Assembly: GCA_965207935.1 (NCBI GenBank)
Contig: CBDBNM010000002.1
Coordinates: 845,692-909,691, forward strand
DNA: 64,000 bases
From: Dehalococcoidia bacterium
GTDB taxonomy: Bacteria; Chloroflexota; Dehalococcoidia; Lucifugimonadales; JAGWBF01
Direction of reading: 5' to 3'
The notes beneath the pieces are model-generated. The model did not search any database. It saw only the letters and a program-made list of their open reading frames with translations, and was not told the origin of the DNA. Below are positions 16,529 through 26,704 of this stretch, piece after piece. A program made the translations under genes and the position numbers. Numbering within the stretch: the stretch's first letter is position 1; the number at the start of each line of letters is the position of its first letter.

Positions 16529-16661
16529 CGCATTTTCGCATCTGCGGCGCAGGCGCGGCCTTGGCGCAGGAGTCGCGTCGAGACGGGAAGCCATGCGGTC
16601 CAGGCTGGCAGGCTCGTTTCGAGGTTCCACTGAAGAAATACCTACCAATAAGGAGGCACTC

Positions 16662-18464
16662 ATGGCGAGAAGAACCGATAGAAACGTGCCCAAGAAGCGA
16701 GCGGCCATCTATGCCCGCGTCTCCGACAAGAGCCAGGCCGAGGAGGACAAGACATCCATCTCCGAGCAGATGGGCGACATGGAAGCCTACTGCGAGGAGA
16801 GGGACATGGCCGTCGTGGCGCGCTATCAGGAAGTCGGTCGGGGCTGGTCGAAGAAACGCCCGGAGTTCCAGAGGATGCTCGCCGACGCCAGGATGGGGCG
16901 CTTCGACACCATCGTATGCTGGAAGTCCGACCGGCTCAGCAGGGGCATGTACCCCGCAGCCGCACTCATGGAGGTCGTCGAGGCGTACCGCATCGGCATC
17001 GAGGCCGTCATGGACGCCATCGACATGAAGACCTTCGGACTCATGGCGGCCATCGGCAAGATCGAACTGGACAACTTCAGGGAGCGGGCCTCGATGGGCA
17101 AGCGCGGCAAGGCCAAGCAGGGCAGGCTGCCCACCGGGTCGCCGCCCTACGGCTATCGCGTCGACGAGCACGGCAACCCCTACGTCTACGAGCCAGAGGC
17201 CAAGTTCGTCCGCCGAATCTTCCGGCAGTACGCCGACGAGGGCATGACCGCTCCCGCCATCGTCCTGGGGTTGGAGCGGGACGGCGCGCCCCTGCCGCCC
17301 AGGTGCTCCAAGTGGCGTAAGGAACGAGTCCACGCCATGATGAGCAGCGAGACCTACAGGGGCACCTACTGGTACGGCAAGAGCAGCTGGGTGACCACCG
17401 AGGACGGAACGAAGGGAACGAAGAACCCCAAGGACACCTGGATAGGCATCCCGTTCCCGCCTCTCGTGGATGAGAAGACTTGGGAGCGGGTGAAGGCGCG
17501 CAAGTTCAAGCGGTTCAGCCACTCCAAGCGCAACACCAAGACCTTCTACCTCCTCCAGCACATGGTCAGGTGCGCCGAGTGCGGGTTGTATCTCCACGGT
17601 AGGGCGCAGAGCAAAAAGTCCCAGTACTACAACGGGAAGCGCTACGCCTATACCCTCGACCCTCCCCACCGCTACTACCGCTGCGGCGGGATGACATCCC
17701 ACAAGCTGGAGTGCCGTAGACCGGGCTTCATCAAGGCCGAACGGCTGGAGGAGTTCGTCTGGGGCGAGGTCAAGCGAATGTTGCAGAACCCCGGCCTCAT
17801 CGTCGCCGGCATCGAGTCTCTGGGCGCTCAACAGGACGGCGGCTGGGAGAAGGCGATCGACAGGGCCGAGCGCGAGCTCAACAGGGTCCAGTCCGAGGAG
17901 GACAGGGCGATCAGGCTGTACGTCTCCGCCAAGATCACCGAGGCCCAACTCGACCACCAGCGCAAATTCATCACCGAACGGCTGGAGACGCTCCGCAGGG
18001 AGCTGGACGACTACCGGGCGCAGCAGGCGGCGCTGGCCGAGAAACGCATCCTCATGGAGAATATCCTGGCCTGGGCCAGCAAGGTCGGAGACCGTCTCGA
18101 CGAAGTGCCCGACGAGCAGCGCAAGGACATCCTGAAACTGCTGCTGGACCAGGTGGTGATCGACGGCGGCAACAACGTCCGGTTCACCCTCGGTATCCCC
18201 GCCGAGGACTTGGTGTCAGTTAAGTACCCCGAATCAACTACTTTACCCAAGGTAGTGGTATTCCCAAACAAACAGCCCACCAGTTCTCACGAATACTCTT
18301 GGAAGCAGATCTGCTTACCACCATTGAACCACCATCTGGGCGACGTCCTGGAATCTATGCTTTTGAGCCACTACTGGAGGTCGTCCGAGTATAGGTGGAT
18401 TGGACGGCAACGGGAGCTAGAAACTGCGAGCCTATTCGGAAACGTTAGGCTGTTGTGGTCATAA
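16662..18464 (+). CDS. Large serine recombinase (integrase of the ICE)
   Basis: ATG lies 5 nt after AAGGAGG. Catalytic motif AAIYARVSDKSQ, zinc ribbon RCAECG...YYRCGG, then a coiled coil. The last roughly 83 codons (from about 18215) are low-GC and atypical in composition. Confidence 0.9.
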   Translation: MARRTDRNVPKKRAAIYARVSDKSQAEEDKTSISEQMGDMEAYCEERDMAVVARYQEVGRGWSKKRPEFQRMLADARMGRFDTIVCWKSDRLSRGMYPAAALMEVVEAYRIGIEAVMDAIDMKTFGLMAAIGKIELDNFRERASMGKRGKAKQGRLPTGSPPYGYRVDEHGNPYVYEPEAKFVRRIFRQYADEGMTAPAIVLGLERDGAPLPPRCSKWRKERVHAMMSSETYRGTYWYGKSSWVTTEDGTKGTKNPKDTWIGIPFPPLVDEKTWERVKARKFKRFSHSKRNTKTFYLLQHMVRCAECGLYLHGRAQSKKSQYYNGKRYAYTLDPPHRYYRCGGMTSHKLECRRPGFIKAERLEEFVWGEVKRMLQNPGLIVAGIESLGAQQDGGWEKAIDRAERELNRVQSEEDRAIRLYVSAKITEAQLDHQRKFITERLETLRRELDDYRAQQAALAEKRILMENILAWASKVGDRLDEVPDEQRKDILKLLLDQVVIDGGNNVRFTLGIPAEDLVSVKYPESTTLPKVVVFPNKQPTSSHEYSWKQICLPPLNHHLGDVLESMLLSHYWRSSEYRWIGRQRELETASLFGNVRLLWS

Positions 18465-18506
18465 GCACTTAGGTCCCTTAACGTCAGGCAGAGCCCGGCA
18501 GGCTTC

Positions 18507-19808
18507 CTAGATGGAGCCGTCCAGGGGATTGATCACCAAGCCCGTCGGCAGCTTCGGGTAGAAGAAGGTGGACTTGGGCGGGAGCTTCTGATCAGCATCG
18601 ATTATCTCTTTGAACAGGTCCAGGGGGAAGGGCTTCAGCAGGAAGGCCATCTGCAGCTCCCCGCTAGCCAGCCCCGCTGATGCCTCCTCCGCATCATGCA
18701 CATAGTCGATGCTTGACCGGCTCGCCTCGGCCAGGATGGGGCGCAGTATCTGCTCCTCCAGTATCCAGGGCTCGGAGTCAGCCATCACGCCCCCGTCCTC
18801 CAGGTCCACCCCCGGCCTCAGCTTCAATATCTGGCTGCCCCTGCCTCCGGGATCCATCATGCCCATCACCGGGCCGCCGCTCCCCAGCTCCTCCACCTTT
18901 GCCAGCATGGCCCCAAGGTCGGCGCAGGCGTCCTGGGCCTCGGGCACCGGATTGAAGTACTTCCACAGCTCGTACCGCACCTGGGCTAGGGCCGAAGGCT
19001 GCAGACCCTTCAGCACCCTGTGGTAGGGCAGCACCTTGAGGCCGGGATCATCGAAGGCGACGAGACCCATCATGACGTAGTTGCAGGCTGTATCGTCGGA
19101 CAGGGCGCCGCCAGCCTCCTCCCGCCTTAAGGCCCTGTAGTTCAGGGCTGTCTCGTAGCGGTGGTGACCGTCGGCGATGTATATCTCCTTGGACTCCAAC
19201 AGGCGGGAAATTCCCGCAGTCACATCTCCCTCTTCGACCACCCACATCCTGTAGCCCTGCATGCCGGGGTCCCGGAAGGCGACGGCTGGGTGGCCGGACA
19301 TGATGCGGTCAAGCAGCGACCGAATCTCGTGAGATGGGTCGGAGTACAGGGACATTATTGGGCTCAGGTTGGCGGCGCAGGCGCGGATGAGGGCCAGGCG
19401 GTCCGCCTTGTCGGCATCCCTGGTGAACTCGTGGGGCAGCACGATCCTTCGCTCGTACTCCTCCAGGCGCACCGCCGACATCAGTTCCAGGCGCTGGTAG
19501 TCCCGTCCTTCGTGGGTGAAGGTGTGCTCCACCAGGTAGAAGGCTGAAACCGCGTCCCTGCGCAGTACTTCCTGGGACAACCACTGGGTGAGCATGGCGC
19601 TGGCGCGGGTGTAGCGGTTGTCGTCCGGGGTATCGCCGGGGTGGCGGGCGCCTGCCTCCAGCCGGATGATGTTGTAGGGGCTCCGTTCGTACAGGGCGTC
19701 CTGCAGTTCGGGAGGTATGGTGTCGAAAGGCGGACATACCACGTCTCCCATCGACGGGATGCCCTGGGAGTCGTAACGTATGCCTTTGAAGGGGCGGACT
19801 ACAGCCAA
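18507..19808 (-). CDS. DUF1015 family protein
   Basis: TTG start (complement of 19806-19808) lies 5 nt after GGAGGA and gives (M)AVVRPFKGIRYD..., the typical DUF1015 N-terminus. The longer track ORF (to 20156) would overlap the upstream LLM gene. Confidence 0.8.
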   Translation of the reverse strand: MAVVRPFKGIRYDSQGIPSMGDVVCPPFDTIPPELQDALYERSPYNIIRLEAGARHPGDTPDDNRYTRASAMLTQWLSQEVLRRDAVSAFYLVEHTFTHEGRDYQRLELMSAVRLEEYERRIVLPHEFTRDADKADRLALIRACAANLSPIMSLYSDPSHEIRSLLDRIMSGHPAVAFRDPGMQGYRMWVVEEGDVTAGISRLLESKEIYIADGHHRYETALNYRALRREEAGGALSDDTACNYVMMGLVAFDDPGLKVLPYHRVLKGLQPSALAQVRYELWKYFNPVPEAQDACADLGAMLAKVEELGSGGPVMGMMDPGGRGSQILKLRPGVDLEDGGVMADSEPWILEEQILRPILAEASRSSIDYVHDAEEASAGLASGELQMAFLLKPFPLDLFKEIIDADQKLPPKSTFFYPKLPTGLVINPLDGSI

Positions 19809-19831
19809 GGTAATCCTCCGGGACCGCCGAG

Positions 19832-21016
19832 CTACCCGGCCCTGCCGGCAGCTACCTTGCTGCCCGGCACGGCGGACGCGAAGTGGGGCATGATCTCCCG
19901 GGAGAACATGTCGAGCTGCTCCCGGAACTCGGTCCAGGGGGTACCTTCGGGCCAGTGCAGGATAATGTGCTCCAGGCCGGGATACTTGTCCTGCAGGTCT
20001 TCCAGGAAGTCTATGAAGCCCGCCGCCGGGCCGCAGTACCATGCCTTCTGGTCCACTCCATCCTCTATATGAGGCACCCTTGCGGGCGCTCCCGGAGTGC
20101 CCCAGGGCCTGCCCTCGTCGTCCGAGTAGCGGACAAACCCAAAGGGCGCAAACCACTTGTAACGCTCATCGTGGCTGTGGCGCACTGCCTCCATGGCTTC
20201 CTGCCGGGTATCGGCCAGGTAGAAGCCAATGTTGAGGCCCATGTCCTGGCCCAGCTTCAGGTCCCGTCCGTACCTGGCAGCGGCTTCCTGGTAGTCGTGG
20301 AACAGCCTCTCCACCAGCTTCTCGCCGGTCAGCCCGACCATGGCCTTGAAGCCCTTGCTGGCTATGTACTCCAAGGTGCGGGCGCTGGCAATGGGCTGCC
20401 ATATCTCCACGGGCTTGTTTACAGGCTGGGGCACTAGGGTGACTTCCTCCACGTCGTAGCCCCTGTAGGGTACCCTGGCGGGGATAGTGTAGTGCTTGCC
20501 CTCGTGGGAGAAGGAGTTCTCGTTGAAGGCCTTGAGGATGATCTCCATCTGCTCTTCGAACAGCTCTTTGTTGGCATCGTTGTCTATGACGGGAGCGCCG
20601 AAGGACTCGACCTCCCGGGAATGGTAGCCCCGTCCGACCCCGAAGATGACCCTGCCACCCGTCAGAACATCCGCCATGGCGTAGTCCTCGGCCAAGCGGA
20701 TGGGATGCCACATGGGGACGATGTTGAAGGCGCAGCCGAACTTCAGGTGCTGGGTTCGGGCAGCCAGGTAGGTGCCCAGCAGGATCAGGTTGGGGAGGCA
20801 CTCGTAGCCCTCCCGCTGAAAGTGGTGCTCCGCAGTCCAGAGGGCGTAGAACCCCCGCTCGTCCATGAACTGGGCAAGCTCGGTGGCGTGGCCCAGGGAT
20901 TCCACAAGGCGCTCGTTGGGGTAGGTCCGCTCGTCGGCGGGGGTGCCCTCCCTGCCGATGTTCTCCAGCTCGATCTGGCCTACGTACAGGACTGAGAACT
21001 TGTCGATCATGGGCAA
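19832..21016 (-). CDS. LLM-class (luciferase-like) flavin-dependent oxidoreductase
   Basis: 394 aa. The overall pattern (GFYALWTAEHHF, DVLTGGRVIFGVGRGY) is typical of luciferase-like monooxygenases. Confidence 0.8.
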   Translation of the reverse strand: MPMIDKFSVLYVGQIELENIGREGTPADERTYPNERLVESLGHATELAQFMDERGFYALWTAEHHFQREGYECLPNLILLGTYLAARTQHLKFGCAFNIVPMWHPIRLAEDYAMADVLTGGRVIFGVGRGYHSREVESFGAPVIDNDANKELFEEQMEIILKAFNENSFSHEGKHYTIPARVPYRGYDVEEVTLVPQPVNKPVEIWQPIASARTLEYIASKGFKAMVGLTGEKLVERLFHDYQEAAARYGRDLKLGQDMGLNIGFYLADTRQEAMEAVRHSHDERYKWFAPFGFVRYSDDEGRPWGTPGAPARVPHIEDGVDQKAWYCGPAAGFIDFLEDLQDKYPGLEHIILHWPEGTPWTEFREQLDMFSREIMPHFASAVPGSKVAAGRAG

Positions 21017-21085
21017 ATATCCTTAGCTGGTCTGGGGAATTGGCGATGGGGGTCCGTCCGCCGGATACGGCAAGCCCACTAGGGA

Positions 21086-24000
21086 CTAGCCAGATTGGAC
21101 GTGGCGATTATACCACAGGCCCCCGTATATCCTGGTGCTCGGGTTCTCGTACACCACTTCGGCCATGCCCGACTCAACCAGCGCGTCGAACTTCTCCAGA
21201 CCCTCGGTGGGGTAGTAGGACCGCTCCAGCTGGCCAACTACTATGAAGCTTACCCGGTACTCTTCCAGCAAGCGCAGGGCCTCGTCCACATCCTCGGTTG
21301 CGTAGATGGTGCGCACATCCCGGCGCCGGTCCTGAATGGCGTCGGCGTACTTCATGCGCTGCTGGGTCTGGTGCCAGGGCCATCCCAGAATCGTCGGAAG
21401 GCCGGTGTAGTTGGCGATGCGCGCGCCCCAGTGGTACTGATCGGTGTGGGCTTCCAGCACCACAGGCGACCCCTGGACATTGTCCTGGAGCCACTCAATA
21501 GCTTGGTAGTCCCAGTTATGCTCGATGAGGGAGCCCGTCGTCCGGTCGTTGTGGAATGTCGTGCTCATATAGCGCGCCCCGTCCAAAGTGAAGCTGCTTG
21601 TATCGAACCTGTCGGCCAGCCGGTCCCTGGTTCCCAGGACGGTGTAGAAGAAGCTGGAGCCCACCAGCACCGCCAGCACAACCAGGAATCCTCCCCTGAT
21701 GATGCTCATACGTCCTACACGAAAGACCCCCTGATCCTTCAGGAACCAGAGGATGCACGCCGAAGCCAGCGCGAGGAGCACCCACACCTGCACGTAGAAC
21801 TTGAACTGGGTGTTCATCCTGCCGATGTCATCCTGCACTCGCACGAACTCCACTCCCAGGGCGACGAGCAGCGCCATCGCTGCCAGGGCAACCGCAAAAG
21901 CCATATAAGGGTTCCAGCCTGCCTCACGCCGGGCCAGCTTGACTGCAGTGAGACCCAGGACGAGGAGGAGCAGCACCAGGAAGGCTGACGTCCAATACTG
22001 GGCGGCAGCCAGATAGGCGGCGATCAGCAGCCAGACCGCCCCTGCCAGCCCCAGCGACGGCAGCGTGTCCGGCCATCGGGGTACCGGGAACCTCCGGGAC
22101 TCCCGCATTCCTGTTACCAGGGCGGCCACTCGCCCGGGGACAGCTCTCAGGGCATCCCGCTGGACATATGCCAGGAAGGCGGCCAGCAGGAATATGAACA
22201 GCCCGTGGATACCCATGAAGTTCAGCAATGGCGTTTGCCAGCGGCTGACCTCGAACCCCAGGGGATACGGCTGGTAGCTGGCGTGGAAGGGCAGGAACAG
22301 CAGATAGCTCAACAGTCCCGTTGCAACAGCCAGGGAGAGGAACAGCAGCGCCTTCCTGCCCGGCGTACCGTCCCGCAAGAGCACCCCTACTCCGATGAGG
22401 GCCACCGACAGGAGCAGGTAGGTTGGGTAGTCCCAGCTGTTGATAGCCCACAAAGAGCCGACGGTCCCCGCAAGGACCACCACCACGCCCGCCGTCCATC
22501 CCGGTCCGGCTCTCTTCAGGCCCACGGCCAAGCTCAGGGCCAGGCCGAGGGTCAGGAGGGTAAAGGGAATGGCGACCAGGTGGGCGTGCAAGTCGGCGAA
22601 CAGGAAGGTAAAGTAGGGGAACTCGGTGATGTGGGGGCTTATGGACGGAGTGTTCCTCAGGTCGGGCAGCCAGAAAGTCAGGGCCGACGGCGTCACTTCC
22701 GGCAGGGAGGGGATCATGCGGCTGCTCCTCCAGAAGTCCGACAGGTACTCCAGGGAAGGTAAGGGCGCGCCGGTGAAGAGGAGGTCCCAAGTCCCCTTGA
22801 CCACTTGGGCGATTCCATCCAGGTTGCCGATCACCCCGACGAATAGAGCTGCTAAGAGACCTGCCCCCACAGGGCCCCAGAGGACCCGGTTCCCAGCCTC
22901 CGCGCCGGAGGCATCCCCAGTCCTAAGGCGGTGCAGGCCCGCGGCGACGTTGAAGACCAGGGAGTAGGCGGCTGTGACCGTCAGCGCGAACAGCAGTGGA
23001 ATCGCGAGGTTGTAGGCCACCGACGGCAGGATGCCCGTGGCCCTGATGAGGGTCGCAACGATGAATTGCCCGAAGTAGTAGTAGTTGAGGTAACCGCCCG
23101 CGTACCAAGGGTCGTAGGGGGGCATGGTGGTCGAGCGCAGCACAGCGTTCAGGTAGGCGAAGTCCATGGGTTTCTCTCCGCCCCGGTAGAAGTGCCACAG
23201 GTCGGGATTGGCGGCCTTAAGCGCTACGAAGGCCAGGAAAGCCGCCAGGAACAGCGCTTCGGCAACCAGCAGCAGCTTTATGTTGCCCCTGACGAAGGAG
23301 ATGAACTCCCTCCACCGGAAGGCCAGCACCAGGGCCGACAGCGCCGCCACCGCAAGGATGCCCACCAGCACCGACATCCGGGAGAAGCCCATCCATCCCG
23401 TGCTGGCCAGCATCCAGGCCACGTAGCTCACGCCGAGGATTCCCAGCAGGCGGGCAAACACTATCCCCCGGTCGGGCAGCGGCCTGAACAAAAAGGTCGC
23501 CAGGGGCAGCGCCGCCAGGAATATAACCTCTACTATCAGGAACCAAGCCAGCACAGGCACCCGGTTGGTCCAGCTTTCCCTGGGGATGATCTCCGAGAAG
23601 GTGCCCCCGGACTGCTGCACCTCCTGCTGTTCCGGGGATAGCATCAGCCCCGGCGGAGGGTCCTCCACCTCCACCAGTAGCCGAAACGTCTCGTTAAAGG
23701 ACAGCCTATTCTGGTTTCGGAAGAGCAGCACCTTGGGATGGTCGTAGTTGATGACGTTCTCGTCGGCGTAGCCCAGGTCCAGAGAGACCGGCGCGTGCTC
23801 TTCTTCCACCAGTGCCTCAGGTTCGGGCAGGCCCGGCCTGCCATAGGTGTCGTCCACGAAAGCCACACCGAGCAGCTGCGGGTAGGATGTGAAAGAGCGC
23901 TCCAGGTGGTACCCCAGGTTGCCGGAGAAGAGCTGCCGGTAGTAGTTGGAGGTCAGGGGATAGCGTTCCGGGACGCGGGCGATGCTGCCGTAAGTACGGC

Positions 24001-25633
24001 TGCTGTAGAAGGCCAGGTAGTCGGAGGAGGCCAGCTGCCGGGCCAGGACTTCCATCTTGTCCACGTTGTCGGGTTCATAGCTGACAATCTGCTCCACATC
24101 GTACCGGCCAAGGTTGCGGAGGGGTTCATCCCAGTGGTTGTCGGTAAGTATGGCCGAGCCCCGGGGCACGTTGTCGTTGATCCACTCCGAAGCCTGCACC
24201 GCAGTATGGGGCCTGGAGTAGATGCTTTCGAAGGCCAGGGCATAGAAGGCTGTCGTCGCCACCACAACCACGATTACGCCGGTGACGATGCGGGGCAAGT
24301 GGGGCCTCAGGACAGAGGCAGCATTAGCAAGTACGGCGCCCTCGGAGGACGCCTCATCCCGACGCCTCCTGGCCCACGCAAGGGCGGTGAACAGCATCCC
24401 CGATCCCATGAGCACCAGGAAGGGCACTACAGGGAAGATGTACCGCAGGAACTTGGTCTCGAAAAAGGCCAGCAGGACGATCGACGGCACCGCCCAAGCC
24501 AGCAGGAGTATCTCCCCCTTGTGTCGGTCCCATCCCCGGGCGGCCTTAGCCATGGTGAACAGCAGCCCGCCCCAAGCAACGATGCCCAGGGGAATGCCCA
24601 GCCCCCAAACGGCGACCTGCCGAATCTCGTACAGCAGGGGTGTCTCTCCAACGTACTGGAGGGTGAAGGGCACAATGCCCGCTGTCCGCGCCACGTTCCT
24701 GGCTTGCCAGACTTGGTCTCCCACGAAGTTGGCTATGTCCAGCAGGGCATAGGGTGTCACCAGGAAGAAGACAACCAGGGAAGCGGCCCCTCCGGCAAGG
24801 GCTTGGGGCAGCACCTGCCGGATTGCGGTGTCCGGTGACGAGCCGGGGGCAGACCGCAGCACACCGTGAATCCTGAACAGGTAAGCCAAGAGCAGAGGAA
24901 AGGCCAGGGGCAGGACGCTGACCTTGGTGGCCACCGTCAGCCCGACGAGGGCCCCCAGGAGCAGGGAGTCCCGCATCCGGCCCCGGTCCATGACCCGGAG
25001 CATCGCCCAGAAGGATGCCAAGAGGAAGAAGACCAGGAAGGGTTCGGGGCGGTAGAAGTGGCTTATCTGGATGTGAACCACCGCCAGGGCCGTAAGGCCG
25101 GCAGCCAGCAGCCCGGCGCCCTGGCCGAATATGCGCCTCCCCAGCAGGAAAACCATGAGAACGCTTCCCACGTCAGCCAGAGCCGCCAGGGTCCGCCCAA
25201 CGTAGGACATGTTCTCCAGGGTGCCGAAATCGCCGAATGGCTCCAGGATGGACCGGAACAGCACCAGCAGATAGATGAGTACGCTGCCCAGGGGGAACCA
25301 ATGGGGATTCAGGGGACTGCGATCAGCGTCGAGAAACGTCCCAAGGCCGGGAACTCCCGCCTCCATGCCCGGGTTGTTCCGGTAGCAGGAGCCATGCTCG
25401 TAGCCCTGGGCTTGGGTGAGCACATCGTACATGCAGTCGGCCCGCATGTAGATGGAACGCTCGTCGGGGTGGTAGCCATGGAAGCTGTCCCAGCCGATGC
25501 CGTACAGGCGCAGCCCCAAGGCCACAACCAGGATGAGCAGCAACAGGAGAGAAGAAGCGGGCACCTGGGGAAGGCGGACCCACCCAAGCTTGTCCACTAG
25601 CGCCCTCGGAAGAGGCAGGTTTCCCTGGTACAT
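21086..25633 (-). CDS. Giant polytopic membrane protein, YYY-domain (DUF2298/TIGR03662-like) with an N-terminal GT-C/ArnT-like region
   Basis: 1515 aa with dozens of TM helices. It carries the signature GGYLNYYYFGQF and an N-terminal YHPDERSIYM, and looks like a PMT_2-type glycosyltransferase. Confidence 0.8.
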   Translation of the reverse strand: MYQGNLPLPRALVDKLGWVRLPQVPASSLLLLLILVVALGLRLYGIGWDSFHGYHPDERSIYMRADCMYDVLTQAQGYEHGSCYRNNPGMEAGVPGLGTFLDADRSPLNPHWFPLGSVLIYLLVLFRSILEPFGDFGTLENMSYVGRTLAALADVGSVLMVFLLGRRIFGQGAGLLAAGLTALAVVHIQISHFYRPEPFLVFFLLASFWAMLRVMDRGRMRDSLLLGALVGLTVATKVSVLPLAFPLLLAYLFRIHGVLRSAPGSSPDTAIRQVLPQALAGGAASLVVFFLVTPYALLDIANFVGDQVWQARNVARTAGIVPFTLQYVGETPLLYEIRQVAVWGLGIPLGIVAWGGLLFTMAKAARGWDRHKGEILLLAWAVPSIVLLAFFETKFLRYIFPVVPFLVLMGSGMLFTALAWARRRRDEASSEGAVLANAASVLRPHLPRIVTGVIVVVVATTAFYALAFESIYSRPHTAVQASEWINDNVPRGSAILTDNHWDEPLRNLGRYDVEQIVSYEPDNVDKMEVLARQLASSDYLAFYSSRTYGSIARVPERYPLTSNYYRQLFSGNLGYHLERSFTSYPQLLGVAFVDDTYGRPGLPEPEALVEEEHAPVSLDLGYADENVINYDHPKVLLFRNQNRLSFNETFRLLVEVEDPPPGLMLSPEQQEVQQSGGTFSEIIPRESWTNRVPVLAWFLIVEVIFLAALPLATFLFRPLPDRGIVFARLLGILGVSYVAWMLASTGWMGFSRMSVLVGILAVAALSALVLAFRWREFISFVRGNIKLLLVAEALFLAAFLAFVALKAANPDLWHFYRGGEKPMDFAYLNAVLRSTTMPPYDPWYAGGYLNYYYFGQFIVATLIRATGILPSVAYNLAIPLLFALTVTAAYSLVFNVAAGLHRLRTGDASGAEAGNRVLWGPVGAGLLAALFVGVIGNLDGIAQVVKGTWDLLFTGAPLPSLEYLSDFWRSSRMIPSLPEVTPSALTFWLPDLRNTPSISPHITEFPYFTFLFADLHAHLVAIPFTLLTLGLALSLAVGLKRAGPGWTAGVVVVLAGTVGSLWAINSWDYPTYLLLSVALIGVGVLLRDGTPGRKALLFLSLAVATGLLSYLLFLPFHASYQPYPLGFEVSRWQTPLLNFMGIHGLFIFLLAAFLAYVQRDALRAVPGRVAALVTGMRESRRFPVPRWPDTLPSLGLAGAVWLLIAAYLAAAQYWTSAFLVLLLLVLGLTAVKLARREAGWNPYMAFAVALAAMALLVALGVEFVRVQDDIGRMNTQFKFYVQVWVLLALASACILWFLKDQGVFRVGRMSIIRGGFLVVLAVLVGSSFFYTVLGTRDRLADRFDTSSFTLDGARYMSTTFHNDRTTGSLIEHNWDYQAIEWLQDNVQGSPVVLEAHTDQYHWGARIANYTGLPTILGWPWHQTQQRMKYADAIQDRRRDVRTIYATEDVDEALRLLEEYRVSFIVVGQLERSYYPTEGLEKFDALVESGMAEVVYENPSTRIYGGLWYNRHVQSG

Positions 25634-25642
25634 TCCCTGGGC

Positions 25643-26656
25643 TTAGAGTCCTTTGTCCACCATGAAAGCGCACAGGTCAGCGGTGCGACAGGAGTAACCC
25701 CACTCGTTGTCGTACCACCCCAGCACCTTTACCATGTTGCCCTCCATCACGATGGTCGAGGGGGCATCGAAGATACAGCTATGGGGGTCGCCCTTGAAAT
25801 CGGAGCTGACCAAGGGCTCATCGCAGTAGCGCAGGATGCCCTCCAGCCCGCCGGATGCGGCTGAGCGAAAGGCTTCGTTGACCTGCTCCACGCTCACTTC
25901 GGCTTCCAGGTCGGCCACGAAGTCGGTGACCGACACGGTGGAGGTGGGGACTCGGAATGCCATGCCGTGCAGCTTTCCGTTGAGCTCGGGCAGGACTATG
26001 CCCACCGCCCGGGCCGCTCCTGTGCTGGTGGGCACGATGTTCTGGGCTGCAGCCCTGGACCGGCGCAGGTCGTCGTGTACCTGGTCCAGTATCTTCTGGT
26101 CGTTGGTGTAGGCATGTACCGTGGACATCAGGCCGTGCCTGATGCCGAAAGCATCGTTGAGCACCTTCACCATGGGGGCAAAGCAGTTGGTGGTGCAGGA
26201 AGCGTTGGACACCACCTTGTGCTGATCGGGAAGGTAGCTCCCGTCATTCACGCCCAGCACCATGGTCAGGTCTTCGTTGCGGGCGGGGGCTGAGATGATC
26301 ACCTTCTTGGCCCCACCCTCCAGGTGGGCGGCCGCCTTGGTGGCGTCGGTGAAGATTCCCGTCGATTCCACCACCACATCCACGCCCGCCTCAGCCCAGG
26401 GAATACGGGCCGGGTCCCGCTCAGAGAAGACCCTAACGTCGGCGCCATCGATTATCAGGCTGCCCTCCGATGCTTCGACGCTGCCGGGATAGATTCCGTA
26501 GTTGGTGTCGTACTTGAACAGGTGGGCGTTGGTCCTGGCATCGGTGAGGTCGTTGACGGCCGCCACGTCCAGCTTCCGGGGGTACCGCTCCATGACCGCC
26601 CGGGTTACCTGGCGTCCAATCCTGCCAAACCCGTTGACGCCGATCCGTGTAACCAT
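25643..26656 (-). CDS. gap: Glyceraldehyde-3-phosphate dehydrogenase
   Basis: [13 protein letters not shown]-binding motif and SNASCTTNC active site. 337 aa. Confidence 0.95.
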   Translation of the reverse strand: MVTRIGVNGFGRIGRQVTRAVMERYPRKLDVAAVNDLTDARTNAHLFKYDTNYGIYPGSVEASEGSLIIDGADVRVFSERDPARIPWAEAGVDVVVESTGIFTDATKAAAHLEGGAKKVIISAPARNEDLTMVLGVNDGSYLPDQHKVVSNASCTTNCFAPMVKVLNDAFGIRHGLMSTVHAYTNDQKILDQVHDDLRRSRAAAQNIVPTSTGAARAVGIVLPELNGKLHGMAFRVPTSTVSVTDFVADLEAEVSVEQVNEAFRSAASGGLEGILRYCDEPLVSSDFKGDPHSCIFDAPSTIVMEGNMVKVLGWYDNEWGYSCRTADLCAFMVDKGL

Positions 26657-26704
26657 CGAAACCCTCCCTCGACTTGTCCTACAACTGCTCTTCTGCCATC
26701 TATA

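Larger units (their letters stand above)
1..18464 (+). mobile_element. Integrative and conjugative element (ICE), right-hand portion; left end lies outside the window or is undefined
   Basis: A tightly packed, translationally coupled plus-strand block encodes T4SS ATPases, a replication-relaxation protein, an immunity/switch module and vapBC. It ends in an outward-reading large serine recombinase. A by-eye composition break occurs at about 18215, and unrelated minus-strand core genes start at 18507. Confidence 0.75.
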
